Part shown: piece after piece, positions 10,526 through 21,955 of the stretch
Layout of the letters: each line of letters opens with the position of its first letter
How positions within the stretch are numbered: the first letter of the stretch is position 1
Assembly (NCBI RefSeq): GCF_000189555.1
Contig: NC_017276.1
Direction: 5' to 3' (one strand)
From: Saccharolobus islandicus REY15A
GTDB lineage: Archaea; Thermoproteota; Thermoprotei_A; Sulfolobales; Sulfolobaceae
DNA length: 64,000 nucleotides
The notes under the pieces: generated by a model
Database searches by the model: none
Seen by the model: the letters and a program-made list of their open reading frames with translations, nothing else
Told to the model about the DNA's origin: nothing
Made by a program: the position numbers and the translations under genes

Positions 10526-11644
10526 TCAAATTACAAGTGTCTCGTTAATTAACTTATTTAACTTAAATCTGGAAGGCGAGAAAATATCTATAAATTTATT
10601 CTTGTAGTTATCTGCGATTAGATCAGCCATTATTTTTCCAGAGTAAGGAGCGAACATCATGCCGTGGCCACTATAGCCTGCGTCAATAAATAGACCTTCT
10701 GGCCAATCATCAGAATACCCCATAATTTGAGAACTGTCTGGAGTCATCTCATAATAACCTGACCATCCTCTCAATACTCCTATACCCTCTATTCCCTTTA
10801 TTAATTGTCTTATACCTTTGAGAAATTTTATGGTGTTAGATATTGATATTGTGAACTCCTCAAATTTATATTCCCTTTTATCTTCTATTCCACCTATGAT
10901 CTCTCCTTTTAATGTCTGTGAGAAATAGATTTGAAGCTTAGAGTTTATAATTAATGGTTCGATAAAATATCTTAATGGTTCTGTTATATATATCTCTTTT
11001 TTCTCTGGAAATATAGGTATTTTTATTCCGATACTGGATAGTATTTCACTACTCCACGCCCCTGCAGTAACTATAACCTTATCGCCATACAACTCTTTTC
11101 CACTACTTAGTTTTACGCCTTTTATCTTGTTATCATCTTTTATTAGCGAGACCACTTTATCATAAATCATTGAAACCCTATCCTTGATTGAATAATAGTA
11201 GCTGTACAATATGTAATCATGATGAAACGCGCCATCTTGAGGTGCCAAGTAACATTGTCCTTCAAATTTTATGTAAGAATACCGATCTTTACATTCTATA
11301 AATTTCCCTCCTATATTATATGAGCTCCAAAAACTATCTAGTTTTTTGAATGAACTATACTCTTTTTCTTCGTTAATTATCCATAGATATCCAGTTCTCA
11401 ATAGTAACGAATTATACTCAAGTTCCTTTGATTGTTTCTTTAAATAATTTATCGCATTAATGGCATACTCTACGTTTTCCTTACTGTAAAAATGATATCT
11501 ATATCTAGATGCGTTCCTACTGCTCGATCCATAACCAATTCTTTTCCACTCTATTAGTGTTAGATCTTTTTTATCATAGCCCTTTTTTACTAGATGGTAT
11601 GCTAAACTTAAACCGTGGGAACCAGCTCCAACAATAATTATCAT
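10526..11644 (-). CDS. FAD-dependent amine oxidoreductase (DAO family; sarcosine oxidase beta / proline dehydrogenase beta-like)
   Basis: IVGAGSHG, GSSSRNAS, WSGYYEMTPD, GYSGHGMMFAP. Confidence 0.85.
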   Translation of the reverse strand: MIIIVGAGSHGLSLAYHLVKKGYDKKDLTLIEWKRIGYGSSSRNASRYRYHFYSKENVEYAINAINYLKKQSKELEYNSLLLRTGYLWIINEEKEYSSFKKLDSFWSSYNIGGKFIECKDRYSYIKFEGQCYLAPQDGAFHHDYILYSYYYSIKDRVSMIYDKVVSLIKDDNKIKGVKLSSGKELYGDKVIVTAGAWSSEILSSIGIKIPIFPEKKEIYITEPLRYFIEPLIINSKLQIYFSQTLKGEIIGGIEDKREYKFEEFTISISNTIKFLKGIRQLIKGIEGIGVLRGWSGYYEMTPDSSQIMGYSDDWPEGLFIDAGYSGHGMMFAPYSGKIMADLIADNYKNKFIDIFSPSRFKLNKLINETLVI

Positions 11645-13081
11645 TCAGATCACCATTCTATACAGAGGAGTTCTAAACGTTATAAGTTGCCTATCGCCTA
11701 GAAAACTTCCTAGGGAATATGTACATAATTTTCCTTGGCAATCTCCTGTACCCAAACCTGTAGTTCGTTTTATTTCTTCTACTTTGCTAAATCCTCTACT
11801 TACTTGTATCTTAACTTCGCTTAGGGTAATATCCTCGCATTCACACACATATCCTTTACTTCCATAAATGTATGGAGAGGTATTTCTTTTGGGATTTTTT
11901 TGTTGATAATAATTATAAATATATGTATACTCTTTTAAATTATTTATGAATTCATCCAAGTATTTCTCATTAACAGCTGTTTTACCACTCAGAAATGAGG
12001 TATACTCGTCTGAAATTCCACGCATTCCTCCAACTATGTAAACGTTTTCATAAGCCTTTCCATCCATAGAGTGCATTGGCATATAAACATGGAAATACTC
12101 ATTAAAATCATATGGGATCCCAATATTATACGAGTGATCTATTTTTGGTTGCTTAATTATTGCATAAACTAAAATATTTGAACTAAATGTTCTTTCGTCA
12201 GTTGTTATCTTTAACATCCCACCTTTTTCCCTTTTTACTTGCAAGTTATTACTATTTATTATTTCAACACCTAGCTCATCTATTAGTTCCCTATAATATT
12301 TTGACAGGAACAGTATACCGTTATTGATTACAATTCTCTTTTCAACTTTAAATAGCACTTTTACTATGTCATCAGTATTCCCTAAAGCAATTACGTTCGT
12401 AAGTTGATTTCCGTATCTTAAGTAAAGATTCTTTGATATTACACCGGGTACGTCATTTCCATCGAAAATTGGTGGGATATATCTTCCGCCACTTGCTAAA
12501 AAGATTCTTTTAGTCTTTATCATTAATATCTTACTCTTCGTAAGAAATCCTATTCCTTCATCAAATTTACCTAATAAAACTCCCTCTAGAATTTTATCCT
12601 TATTTTCGTTAATGATATCCTTTAATAACTTAGAGAACTCATCTTTATTAGTTTGTGGTAATGGATAGGGTATATGAGTGTTCCATTCGATATCAGATGA
12701 TATTAAGATCGTTTTCTCTTCCTTATTTATTTCTGATAAGACTCCTAACCCAGAAGTCCCTCCTCCTATAATTATATTCTGTACTTCAAGGAATTCCAAC
12801 TCTTTTTGGTCATTATTGCTTGTTATTGAATCTGGTAAATTAATGAGGTGTTTAGAGTAGGTTTTTACTAAGCTTGGAAATATTCGTAATAATTTGCTAT
12901 GTAGGATACTGGTATCAATTGGTATCTCAATTTTCTTCACATATTTTTTAGTCTGTGTATCATGGCATAAGTCAATTCTTTTTCCGTTCTCTATTATCTC
13001 GTTATATGGTAAGCCTGGCTCACAATCTTTCATGCTTCTAGGTCTTCTATGCCTTTTGCTTAGTATTATCGGCATATCCAT
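11645..13081 (-). CDS. Pyridine nucleotide-disulfide oxidoreductase with C-terminal BFD-like [2Fe-2S] domain (sarcosine oxidase alpha / PDH alpha-like)
   Basis: IIGGGTSG, ASGGRYIPPIFDGNDVPGV, VCECEDIT...KRTTGLGTGDCQGKLC. Start uncertain (13075, 13081 or 13096). Confidence 0.8.
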   Translation of the reverse strand: MDMPIILSKRHRRPRSMKDCEPGLPYNEIIENGKRIDLCHDTQTKKYVKKIEIPIDTSILHSKLLRIFPSLVKTYSKHLINLPDSITSNNDQKELEFLEVQNIIIGGGTSGLGVLSEINKEEKTILISSDIEWNTHIPYPLPQTNKDEFSKLLKDIINENKDKILEGVLLGKFDEGIGFLTKSKILMIKTKRIFLASGGRYIPPIFDGNDVPGVISKNLYLRYGNQLTNVIALGNTDDIVKVLFKVEKRIVINNGILFLSKYYRELIDELGVEIINSNNLQVKREKGGMLKITTDERTFSSNILVYAIIKQPKIDHSYNIGIPYDFNEYFHVYMPMHSMDGKAYENVYIVGGMRGISDEYTSFLSGKTAVNEKYLDEFINNLKEYTYIYNYYQQKNPKRNTSPYIYGSKGYVCECEDITLSEVKIQVSRGFSKVEEIKRTTGLGTGDCQGKLCTYSLGSFLGDRQLITFRTPLYRMVI

Positions 13082-14693
13082 TTTTAAGGACCTCATTTAT
13101 AATTTTCCCATCAGATTTATAATTTATTCCATACAATTTCAATATTGTAGGCGTAACGTCAACTATTTTCATGTCTATTCGTTTCTTAGTGAAATTTTTG
13201 CCATATAATATTACAATCCCATTAATATCATCATTTCTATAATACCCATGATCCGCAGTAGTTGTATTATAAGGGATGACGTTTTCAAATATTGTATTTT
13301 TTTCTATATTGCTTGAGATGGAGTATTTTGGATTAACGCCATTGATTATTATATCGCCTTGTCTATCACTTGCTGGTGTCTCATTAGAATAAATCACGGT
13401 AAATATCCTTTCTCCAGTTTCGGGATCTTCTAATCTTTCTAAGTTAATAGTCAAATATTTAATTAATTTATTAAATTCCTTTTTGCTCACTATTCCAAAT
13501 TTCTCCCTCTCTTTTAGGTTAATTCTAATAATTCCTCCACCACCATAATACGCCTTAGTTCTCTTCCAATCTATTTTCTTATCATCGACTATTTTTAGTA
13601 CATTAAGCTTTTCTAAAAATTTATTAAGATACAGCCTCTTTTTTACCTTATTTATTCCATGATCTGAACAAATAATAATATTATCAGCTAATTCGACATG
13701 GGCTTTCACAAAGTTATCTGCCATCCTATATACTTGGAAGATATAATCTAATGATCTTGAATCGTCTATACCATAAAGTAGGTGTTGTATATTATCTACT
13801 ATCGGTAAGTATGTTATTGCGAAATCCCATTCTTCACGTTTAAGCAGAAATAACGAATAGTTATAGAAAAAGTCATATGCAAATTTTAAAGTTTGATAAT
13901 ATTCATTAAAACCGATTATATTAGACTTTAGAGAAACGTAATCACCATCTAGTATCATTCCGTATTTCTTAACAACGTTCTCCCATACTTCGTTTTGTAA
14001 CTCTTGATTATTTGACCAACTAGGAATTAGAAACGATATTGGTGTGAGATAAATCCCATTACTTAGGCCCTTTAATCTAAACGTTCCTTTCATTTCCTTT
14101 CCTTTACATCTCATAATTACCTCAAGTGGAGCTGTCCATTCATTTTGCTTCAAATTTAATGACAACGTATTATTCTCGATATCAGTTATTTTTATAGTAT
14201 ACTCCTCATTATTATTCTCGATACTAAAATTAACTTCATTTATAGTTGTATTGCCAATCTTAAGAAAAGCTCCCTCGCTACACTCTTTAATTTTGGATTT
14301 ATATGGATCAAACAAGATAAGATTTTTTAGTTTCCATTTATCCGGTAAGGCTTGCGGTGCTGAGGTTACTATTACTTTATATTCTTTTTTCGCTAAGAGG
14401 TACCATATTGGATCAACCTTTAATGGTATACTACTATGTGCTGATAGCGGTTTACTTAGACTATAGCCTTTTATGAAGATCTTTGTGGAAGTTATTCCAT
14501 GACTTGCTGGTAAGTATCCCGTAAATAAAGATGCCAAAGCTACTGGGGTTATTGTGGGGAAAACACTCTCTAGTTTACCAAAGCTCCCATTTTCAACAAG
14601 ATTATTCATAGTATCTAAATTATATCTAAATTGGTTAAAAACAGAATAACTAACCCCATCAATGACTATTAGTAATGTCTTCAAATCACGCAC
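13047..14693 (-). CDS. Alkaline-phosphatase superfamily protein (nucleotide pyrophosphatase/phosphodiesterase type)
   Basis: IDGVS, FPTITP (Thr nucleophile), TGYLPASHGI, DNIQH, SDHG, ADHG. Confidence 0.85.
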   Translation of the reverse strand: MRDLKTLLIVIDGVSYSVFNQFRYNLDTMNNLVENGSFGKLESVFPTITPVALASLFTGYLPASHGITSTKIFIKGYSLSKPLSAHSSIPLKVDPIWYLLAKKEYKVIVTSAPQALPDKWKLKNLILFDPYKSKIKECSEGAFLKIGNTTINEVNFSIENNNEEYTIKITDIENNTLSLNLKQNEWTAPLEVIMRCKGKEMKGTFRLKGLSNGIYLTPISFLIPSWSNNQELQNEVWENVVKKYGMILDGDYVSLKSNIIGFNEYYQTLKFAYDFFYNYSLFLLKREEWDFAITYLPIVDNIQHLLYGIDDSRSLDYIFQVYRMADNFVKAHVELADNIIICSDHGINKVKKRLYLNKFLEKLNVLKIVDDKKIDWKRTKAYYGGGGIIRINLKEREKFGIVSKKEFNKLIKYLTINLERLEDPETGERIFTVIYSNETPASDRQGDIIINGVNPKYSISSNIEKNTIFENVIPYNTTTADHGYYRNDDINGIVILYGKNFTKKRIDMKIVDVTPTILKLYGINYKSDGKIINEVLKNGYADNTKQKA

Positions 14694-14951
14694 CTATTCT
14701 TTGTATATTTTCTTTTCTAGATCTTTTCTTATATTTTTTGGAGAAATCATATTAATATGAGATCTTTTTAAATTACCCTTTTTATCAAAACTTATCGCGA
14801 ATTCATAAATACCTATTTGATTTTCATATTCACCGAACACATCGTATCTATCTTTAAAGCCTTGATAATACTTAATTTGAAGACTACTATCAACTATTGT
14901 ATTATCAATCTTTTTAAGAACTTTAAGCGTCAAATCTTTAATTTCATCCAT
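14694..14951 (-). CDS. Hypothetical protein (85 aa)
   Basis: Fills the operon gap, overlaps the hemD stop and abuts the next start. Confidence 0.7.
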   Translation of the reverse strand: MDEIKDLTLKVLKKIDNTIVDSSLQIKYYQGFKDRYDVFGEYENQIGIYEFAISFDKKGNLKRSHINMISPKNIRKDLEKKIYKE

Positions 14952-15648
14952 TTCGTTTCATCTCCACCAAAATAGTTTCTATAATGCCTTTGATAGAATG
15001 TGTCTTACTTTCTATTATTTTTACCTCATTATTAACCCGTTTCAAAGTTTCCGTCGTAATCGGACCTATGCTATATACTATAATCTTACACTTTCTACTA
15101 ATATAAGGGCCAATTAGCCTTGCCATCAATGAGCTAGTAAATGCTATGGCATCGACTTCACATTTAGCTAGGATTTTTGACACTTTATTTATATTATCTC
15201 TAATTATTTCCGAATCATATACATAGATCTCATCATATTTAATTTTGCCATTAAGAAGATTTTTCATATCTTCAGAAGCTTTTTTACTCCTTATGCTGAG
15301 CACACTATTTACCTTATCTTCCAAGATTCTTCTAGCTAGTTCTACGCTTGTAAATTTCTCTGGAGTTATTGGATTTGTATTGTACATTCTCATTAGTAAC
15401 TCTGAAGTTTCTTCTCCTATGGCGTATATCTTACGATTTTTAATGAGGAAATGTTCTTTAAAACAAATAACTGAATTTCTACTTGTAAATGCAAGGGCCT
15501 CATAATCATAGTTCGGTAATGAATACGGGATACATTTTATTTTAAAAATGGGTATGTTTAGAACCTCAATTCCATTTTTCTGAAGGAGCATAAGCTTTTC
15601 ATTGAGCTCCGTGTCTTCGTTATCGGGCCTAAGGAATAATATCCTCAT
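14944..15648 (-). CDS. hemD: Uroporphyrinogen-III synthase
   Basis: [28 protein letters not shown]; position in the hem operon. Confidence 0.88.
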   Translation of the reverse strand: MRILFLRPDNEDTELNEKLMLLQKNGIEVLNIPIFKIKCIPYSLPNYDYEALAFTSRNSVICFKEHFLIKNRKIYAIGEETSELLMRMYNTNPITPEKFTSVELARRILEDKVNSVLSIRSKKASEDMKNLLNGKIKYDEIYVYDSEIIRDNINKVSKILAKCEVDAIAFTSSLMARLIGPYISRKCKIIVYSIGPITTETLKRVNNEVKIIESKTHSIKGIIETILVEMKRNG

Positions 15649-16510
15649 TCTTCATCTCCTTCTTTAGTAACAAGCCTAATTCAGATCCTATAGTATATGG
15701 GTCCCCTGGCTTGCTAATGGATACAGTAATTTTTTTCTTTCCATCACTATAACTTGCAATACCATAGAACTCTTTTCCTTCTTTTTTAAATAACACCCCA
15801 ATTGGAGAATGACAACCTCCTCCAACTAAACTAATTACTGCTCTTTCTGCTAACGCCTCATCTAATGTGTCTTTATGATTAATTTCTTTGAATATCTCTT
15901 TTATCTTCTCATCTTTTTTTCTTCCCAAGGCTACTATAATACCTTGATTTGCTTCTGGAGTAAAATCATAAACATTAAGTCTATGATAGTTCATAGTCAT
16001 ATTGAGCCTTTTTAAGGAGGCCTCAGCTAAAATTAAGCCTTGATATTCTTTTGAGAGATATTTTCTTATTCTAGTATCTACGTTGCCTCTAATATCTTTC
16101 GTATTTATTTCTGGCTTGATGTATTTAAGAAAGTTTTTCCTTCTTATGCTACTAGTACCTATAGTGATATTTGAATCCAACTTATCTAGATTCTTCTCTG
16201 CAATTAATATATCATAGGGGGGATCTCTTTCCAGTACCGCAAATATTTCAAGGCTAGGATTTATTTCTGATAAGATATCTTTCATACTGTGCACTGCAAT
16301 ATCAGCTTTTCCCTCTAATACAGCCTCATTAACTTCTTTTTCAAAAACTCCTTTTCCTAATTTACTTAATGGTTCAGTTGAAAATAAGTCAGCTTTTGTC
16401 TTTATATTTATTATTTCGTACTCTATTCCAATTTTCTTTAATTTTTCTCCTAACATATCAACTTGTATTCTACTTAGTTTACTTCCTCTTGCAGCTATTC
16501 GGATTTTCAA
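15629..16510 (-). CDS. hemC: Hydroxymethylbilane synthase
   Basis: ARGSKLS, AVHSMKD, GTSSIRR, RGNVDTR, GGGCHSP. TTG start. Confidence 0.95.
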   Translation of the reverse strand: MKIRIAARGSKLSRIQVDMLGEKLKKIGIEYEIINIKTKADLFSTEPLSKLGKGVFEKEVNEAVLEGKADIAVHSMKDILSEINPSLEIFAVLERDPPYDILIAEKNLDKLDSNITIGTSSIRRKNFLKYIKPEINTKDIRGNVDTRIRKYLSKEYQGLILAEASLKRLNMTMNYHRLNVYDFTPEANQGIIVALGRKKDEKIKEIFKEINHKDTLDEALAERAVISLVGGGCHSPIGVLFKKEGKEFYGIASYSDGKKKITVSISKPGDPYTIGSELGLLLKKEMKNEDIIP

Positions 16511-17763
16511 CTTAATTCGCCTATTACTTTTGCAAGTTTATCTATAGTATCGTTAACTACATCATCTTCATGCGCAGCTGAAGTGAAAATTGTCTCATAT
16601 TGACTTGGCGGAATGAAGACTCTCTCTTTTAATAGCCTTTCATGAAACTTTATGTAATATTCTTTATTAGCCCTTTTGGCATCTGAATAGTTTCTAACCT
16701 TGTCTATTCCGAAAAATACTTGGAACATACTCCCAATATGATTTATTGTATGTTTTATTTTTAGCAACCTTTCTAATTCCTCTACAAGAGTCTTAGAGGC
16801 TTTGTTTGCAATATTATATGGGTATTCTTTTTCAAGTTCTTCTATTGTAGCAATTCCAGCTATCATAGATATGGGGTTAGCGTTAAATGTGCCAGCATTA
16901 AATACTCTACCAGCGGGAGTAAAGTTATCAATAATTTCTGCTTTACCTGCTACTGCGCCTATAGGGAAACCACCACCTATGATTTTACCTAGTGTTGTTA
17001 TGTCTGGATAAATTTGATAGTAAGATTGCGCTCCACCTATATCGATTCTAAAACCAGTTATAACTTCATCGAAGATTAATAATGAATTGTAGGACTTTGT
17101 AAGTTCCCTTAATCCAGATAAGAAGCCCTTTTCAGGTAAGATTACACCAGCATTTCCCATAATAGGTTCTAAGAGTGCTGCGGCGATGTCCTCATTTCTT
17201 AATTTTTTATCTACACAATCAAGATCATTAAACTCGCATATTTCTATCGTTTTCATTATTTCCATTGGGATACCATCAGAAGTTGTAACGTTATATTCTG
17301 TAGCAGCACTTCCAGCTTCCACAAGTGTGTAATCGTGAGCTCCATGATAATTTCCGCTAAACTTCAGTATTTTACTCCTTTTTGAATAGCCTCTGGCTAA
17401 TCTTATAGCAGCCATTGTAGCCTCAGTTCCACTATTTACAAATCTTATTTTCTGGGCTGATGGTATATGTGAACTAATTTTTTTAGCTAATTCTATTTCT
17501 AATTTGCTAGGAGTTCCGAAAAGCCAACCTTTTTCTAATTGCTCAATTATTTTTCTCTTTACGGATTCTGGAGAGTGACCTAAAATTAGAGGTCCGTAAC
17601 CCAATACATAGTCAATGAACTTGTTACCCTCGACCGTGTAAATATAAGCTCCTTTTCCCCTTTCTACATAAAATGGGAATGGTTTTACTGCTGCTCTAAC
17701 TGGGCTATTTACTCCTCCCGCAAATAATTGCCTAGCTTGAGCCCATAGTTCCTCGCTATTCAA
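16507..17763 (-). CDS. hemL: Glutamate-1-semialdehyde 2,1-aminomutase
   Basis: [32 protein letters not shown]. Start set to TTG 17763 (TTGA overlap with the hemB stop, AAGGTG upstream). Confidence 0.95.
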   Translation of the reverse strand: MNSEELWAQARQLFAGGVNSPVRAAVKPFPFYVERGKGAYIYTVEGNKFIDYVLGYGPLILGHSPESVKRKIIEQLEKGWLFGTPSKLEIELAKKISSHIPSAQKIRFVNSGTEATMAAIRLARGYSKRSKILKFSGNYHGAHDYTLVEAGSAATEYNVTTSDGIPMEIMKTIEICEFNDLDCVDKKLRNEDIAAALLEPIMGNAGVILPEKGFLSGLRELTKSYNSLLIFDEVITGFRIDIGGAQSYYQIYPDITTLGKIIGGGFPIGAVAGKAEIIDNFTPAGRVFNAGTFNANPISMIAGIATIEELEKEYPYNIANKASKTLVEELERLLKIKHTINHIGSMFQVFFGIDKVRNYSDAKRANKEYYIKFHERLLKERVFIPPSQYETIFTSAAHEDDVVNDTIDKLAKVIGELS

Positions 17764-18770
17764 AATGGTACACCTTCCTTTATCCATCTTACAATATCGT
17801 TAGCATAATAAGTAATAATTAAATCAGCCCCTGCTCTTTTTATTGCGGTAGTAATTTCCAATACGGCAGTCCTTTCATCTATCCATCCATTAATTGCTGC
17901 TGCTTTTATCATGCTATATTCACCACTGACATGATATGCCGCTAGGGGATATTCTGGGAAGTGATCTTTTACTAATCTTATTACATCTAAATATGTATGG
18001 GCAGGTTTAACCATCAAAATATCAGCTCCTTCCTCTATATCTAATCTAGCTTCTTTTAGTGCTTCAAATGCGTTCCTAGGATCCATCTGATACCCTCTCC
18101 TATCTCCAAACGCTGGTTTAGAGTAAGCTGCATCCCTAAAAGGACCATACATTATTGAAGCGTACTTTACACTGTATGACATTATCAATATATCATTGTA
18201 ACCAGCTCCATCTAGCGCATCTCTTATAGCCTTAACAACACCGTCCATCATGCTTGATGGGGCTATAATATCTGCTCCAGCTTCAGCTTGGCTTAATGCA
18301 ATCTTTGCATGAATCTTTAGGCTTTCATCATTATCTATTACATAACATCCGTTATTATAGTTCACAAGACCGCAATGACCATGAGACGTATACTCATCAG
18401 TACACTCGTCTGTGATTACTATAATCTTATCCTTAAAACTATCTTTTATTATTTTAACTGCCCTCTGTATTACACCATTTTTATCGTAGGCTGATGATGC
18501 TATCTCGTCTTTATAAGATGGAATTCCAAACAATATAATACTTCGAATACCATTTTCATAGCTATCTTGTACATAATTGACTAACTTATCATTTGGTGGA
18601 TATCTGTACACTCCTGGCATTGAAGTAATTTGTTCTGGCTCATTTATACTTTCCTTTATAAATATTGGAAGTACTAAATCGTCTTGAAAAAGAGTCGTTT
18701 CAGCTACTAGATCTCTTACTAATTTGTTTTTTCTTAATCTTCTTGGTCTCAAAAATGGGAATGTTACCAT
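17760..18770 (-). CDS. hemB: Porphobilinogen synthase
   Basis: [40 protein letters not shown]. Confidence 0.96.
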
Positions 18771-19980
18771 CTTTAAAAATATCGATTAGAAAGTTAATGT
18801 AGTTGATTGAATTTTCCCCGTCAAATACTAGAGATCTTACATTGTCAAAAAGGGGTTGAAACGACTTTTTTATTATTGATCTTGTCATCAAATCTAATAT
18901 TTCCTTAACTTGTTGATTGTTTATTCCAAGTTTTTCAAGTTCTTTATAGGCTCTTACTATTTCATTTTCTCTTATAGTTTCTACACGTTTCATTATCTTT
19001 GACATAAATTCACTATAAATTTCTTTTTTGTAATCATATATCAATTCGTCTATTCCATCTTCTACTAATTTATTAATTTTAACTAACTCCTCTTCTCTAG
19101 CTTTAAAGTTAAGTTTTGATATTTTTTCTAATTCTTCTAGGGTAATTACATTATTCCCAGTAAATAAGGGAGGGACAGTTATATCAACAATTAGTGTGTT
19201 CCATTTGTTTTCCAGTCTAAGATTCTCATGAGAAATTGATATAAAAGCAATATCGAAGCTACCTAACTTGTCTAAATCTAATTTCTCGTAATTGTAGCCA
19301 AATTTTAGGGCAAGTTGTTTTGCCTTTTCTACTGTTCTATTCATAATGGTAACATTCTTGACTCCTTCATTGTATAACATATTAGCTATTTTCTGTCCCA
19401 TTTCGCCAGCGCCTACTATTACAATTTTTCTATCATAGAAGTTATTAAATTGCCTTTTAGCCTCATCAATAGCAAGGGAATATATACCAACTTTCCCCTT
19501 GGAAATACTAGTCTCTTCTCTAACTTTTCTACCTACTTTAATTGCTCTTTCAAAGAGTATTTGTAGATACTTTCCACTAAATCCTAATTTTTTAAACATA
19601 TCAATAGTTGATCTAATTTGAGATAAGATTTCATACTCTCCAATAGACAGAGAATCAGCACCACTGGCTACTAGAAATAGATGTTTTATGCTATCTTTAC
19701 CGCAGATCACTCTAGCTTGATTTCCAATTGGTTCATTATGCACATTATTTAAATATTGGATCATCTTATTTATCTCACTTATTGTATTTGTATTTGAATA
19801 TAAGTATATCTCAACTCTATTACATGTTTGTAGAATAGCAAATTCTGCATTGATTAATTGCCTTAAGGACTTTATTTCCGTTTCTCTAAAATAATATAAG
19901 TGAAGATTACTTATCCCTATAGTTTTGTATGTAAATAAAATCGAACAATAGTTTTGTAGTAACTCCTCATTACTGGTCAT
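18700..19980 (-). CDS. hemA: Glutamyl-tRNA reductase
   Basis: [39 protein letters not shown]. Confidence 0.93.
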
Positions 19981-20614
19981 TAATTATCTCCTCCGCTCTA
20001 TGTAAGGCTTTTTCTATTAATCCATTAGTAGCATAATATTTGAATTTTTCATCATTATATATTTTATGATAAAAGGAATATCTAACAGATGGATCAGCTA
20101 CTTTTTTCTTTAATAGAGTTTTTACATCATACATTGCACTCAATAAATTTCTCATTTCTGGACTATTAGCAATACTAATTGTTTTCGACAAGATTTCTTT
20201 AGCTACGATACTAGATTTTCCTTTAGTAGTTATAGCTATTTCCATATCATTGTCAGAATAGAATATTGGCACTATAAAGTTGGAGTTTTCAGGATTAGTG
20301 GGATTATTACAAAGTTTTCTTAAATTTTTAGCTATATTACAAAGTTTCTCATTGAGCTCGAAATTATTCGTACAAGTCAAAATTATATCGTATTTTTCTA
20401 TTATACTAGCATCTATTTTATTTGCATCTTCCTTAATTAGTCTTATATCTGAGTTGAGAAGATCTTGGGAGAAATCTAAACTTATGACGCATACATTAGC
20501 TCCATATTTCTTAAAAGCTAGTGCTCTTTTTGTACCTACTTTGCCTCCACCGATTACAAGTACACGAAAATTAGAAAGATCAATAAAAATTGGATAATAC
20601 TCCTTTTTGACCAC
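19970..20614 (-). CDS. sirC: Precorrin-2 dehydrogenase (SirC/Met8/CysG N-terminal-like)
   Basis: [28 protein letters not shown]; upstream of hemA. Confidence 0.82.
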
Positions 20615-20660
20615 AAGGTAGTAGATATAAATAGATAACTTTAAGTTTAACTTTAAACTT

Positions 20661-21716
20661 CTAAAACCACCTATCTAATCCGGTTTGTCTAGAAGCTCCT
20701 TTAGCTTCTCTTATTGCTTTAATTAATCTTTCAATTCCATTCTTAACTCTTTCCTCACTGAAGTTATGTTCATTTACTAATATGTTAACTATATCCTTCT
20801 CATTGGGTTCATTTAAATCCAAGGTTTCTTCTGGTTTCACTACTTGTGGTTTCAAAAATAAACTTCTTATCTCATCAATATTGAAAGTAATATCTCTTTT
20901 TGAAATTTCTCCATATTCTATTGCCTTCTCTATCTTGCCGTATTTTTTAATTATCTTTAGTGCTCTTTCTGGCCCTATTCCCTTAATTCCATCAGGATTA
21001 TAATCAGTCCCAATTAATATACTTATATCAATTAATTGTTCTCTTGTTATTCCTAATTTCTTAAGTAATAATTCAGTTTCTATTAATTCTGGTTTTATAT
21101 CTATATATACGTCCTTGTTAGGAAGTTTTCTTTTACCAGTGATTGTCAAATTTCTTACTAATCTCTTAGCTCCAAAAAGAATCGAGTCGTAATCTTGGCT
21201 CGCCGCTGCCCAGCTAAATCCTAATATATTTAAATATGCAGCCTCAGCTTCTCCTTCAGAAGGTGCTTGAACTATAGGTATTCCCATAGCTCTCAACAAG
21301 TTTTTACTTTCCTCTACCATCATATTGGATAGTCTAAGTATAGCTTGCGAATATTTCCTTAGCTCTTCTATTTTCCCTTCACTCTTAGCTCTCTCTAGCT
21401 TTCTCTCAGCTTCTTCTTTTATTTTTCTCCTTCTTTCTAACTCTTCACTTTTTTGCTCTGGTGGTTTGCCGTCAAAGACGTAGATCGGTATAACACCCTC
21501 TTCTAGGATATTTATCGTTCTATAAAATAATCCACTTAGGTGGCTGGTTATCCTTCCATGGGAATCCATTAAGGGAGTTCCATCTGGTTGTCTTATCGCT
21601 GCTAAAAATTGATATAATGCATTATATCCGTCAATACTTACCTTCTTCCCTTTAAGCTCAGAAAATGAAAGTTCTCTTTTTACGTCTTTTACTAGATCTG
21701 CTAAATCTACTCCTAT
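20661..21716 (-). CDS. fen1: Flap endonuclease 1 (351 aa, predicted ATA start)
   Basis: The frame is open 49 codons upstream of the track start: (I)GVDLADLVK...SIDGYNALYQFL. EGEAEAA, SQDYD, GTDYN and C-terminal PIP box QTGLDRWF. Confidence 0.93.
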   Translation of the reverse strand: MGVDLADLVKDVKRELSFSELKGKKVSIDGYNALYQFLAAIRQPDGTPLMDSHGRITSHLSGLFYRTINILEEGVIPIYVFDGKPPEQKSEELERRRKIKEEAERKLERAKSEGKIEELRKYSQAILRLSNMMVEESKNLLRAMGIPIVQAPSEGEAEAAYLNILGFSWAAASQDYDSILFGAKRLVRNLTITGKRKLPNKDVYIDIKPELIETELLLKKLGITREQLIDISILIGTDYNPDGIKGIGPERALKIIKKYGKIEKAIEYGEISKRDITFNIDEIRSLFLKPQVVKPEETLDLNEPNEKDIVNILVNEHNFSEERVKNGIERLIKAIREAKGASRQTGLDRWF

Positions 21717-21955
21717 TCCCTATCACCTAAGTATGTTATCATTCTTACATTTTCTTTAATTAGTGAAACCGATATATAACCTCTAATCTCCAATGCCATT
21801 AACGCTTTTAAGAAATCATCATAAGATACCTCATAATTTGTTGAATTTTTCACTTCTTTAAAAAGATCATCATCTCTTATATTATTATTATTATTTTTCC
21901 TTATTTTATCCAAAATAATATTATATAATGGTACGCTTCTCCACATTGATTTCAC
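21713..21955 (-). CDS. Small hypothetical protein, winged-helix-like
   Basis: 80 aa, GTGA overlap with the cdc48 stop. [18 protein letters not shown] resembles a wHTH recognition helix and wing. Confidence 0.7.
   Translation of the reverse strand: MKSMWRSVPLYNIILDKIRKNNNNNIRDDDLFKEVKNSTNYEVSYDDFLKALMALEIRGYISVSLIKENVRMITYLGDRE

Noticed and set aside
18700-18770. 71-bp hemA/hemB overlap suggesting a frameshift
   Set aside because: Both frames are intact with complete domains, and comparable overlaps occur elsewhere in the window (lysJ/lysK, AMMECR1).
21881-21895. (ATT)5 microsatellite encoding NNNNN
   Set aside because: In-frame trinucleotide run in AT-rich DNA that cannot cause phase variation.
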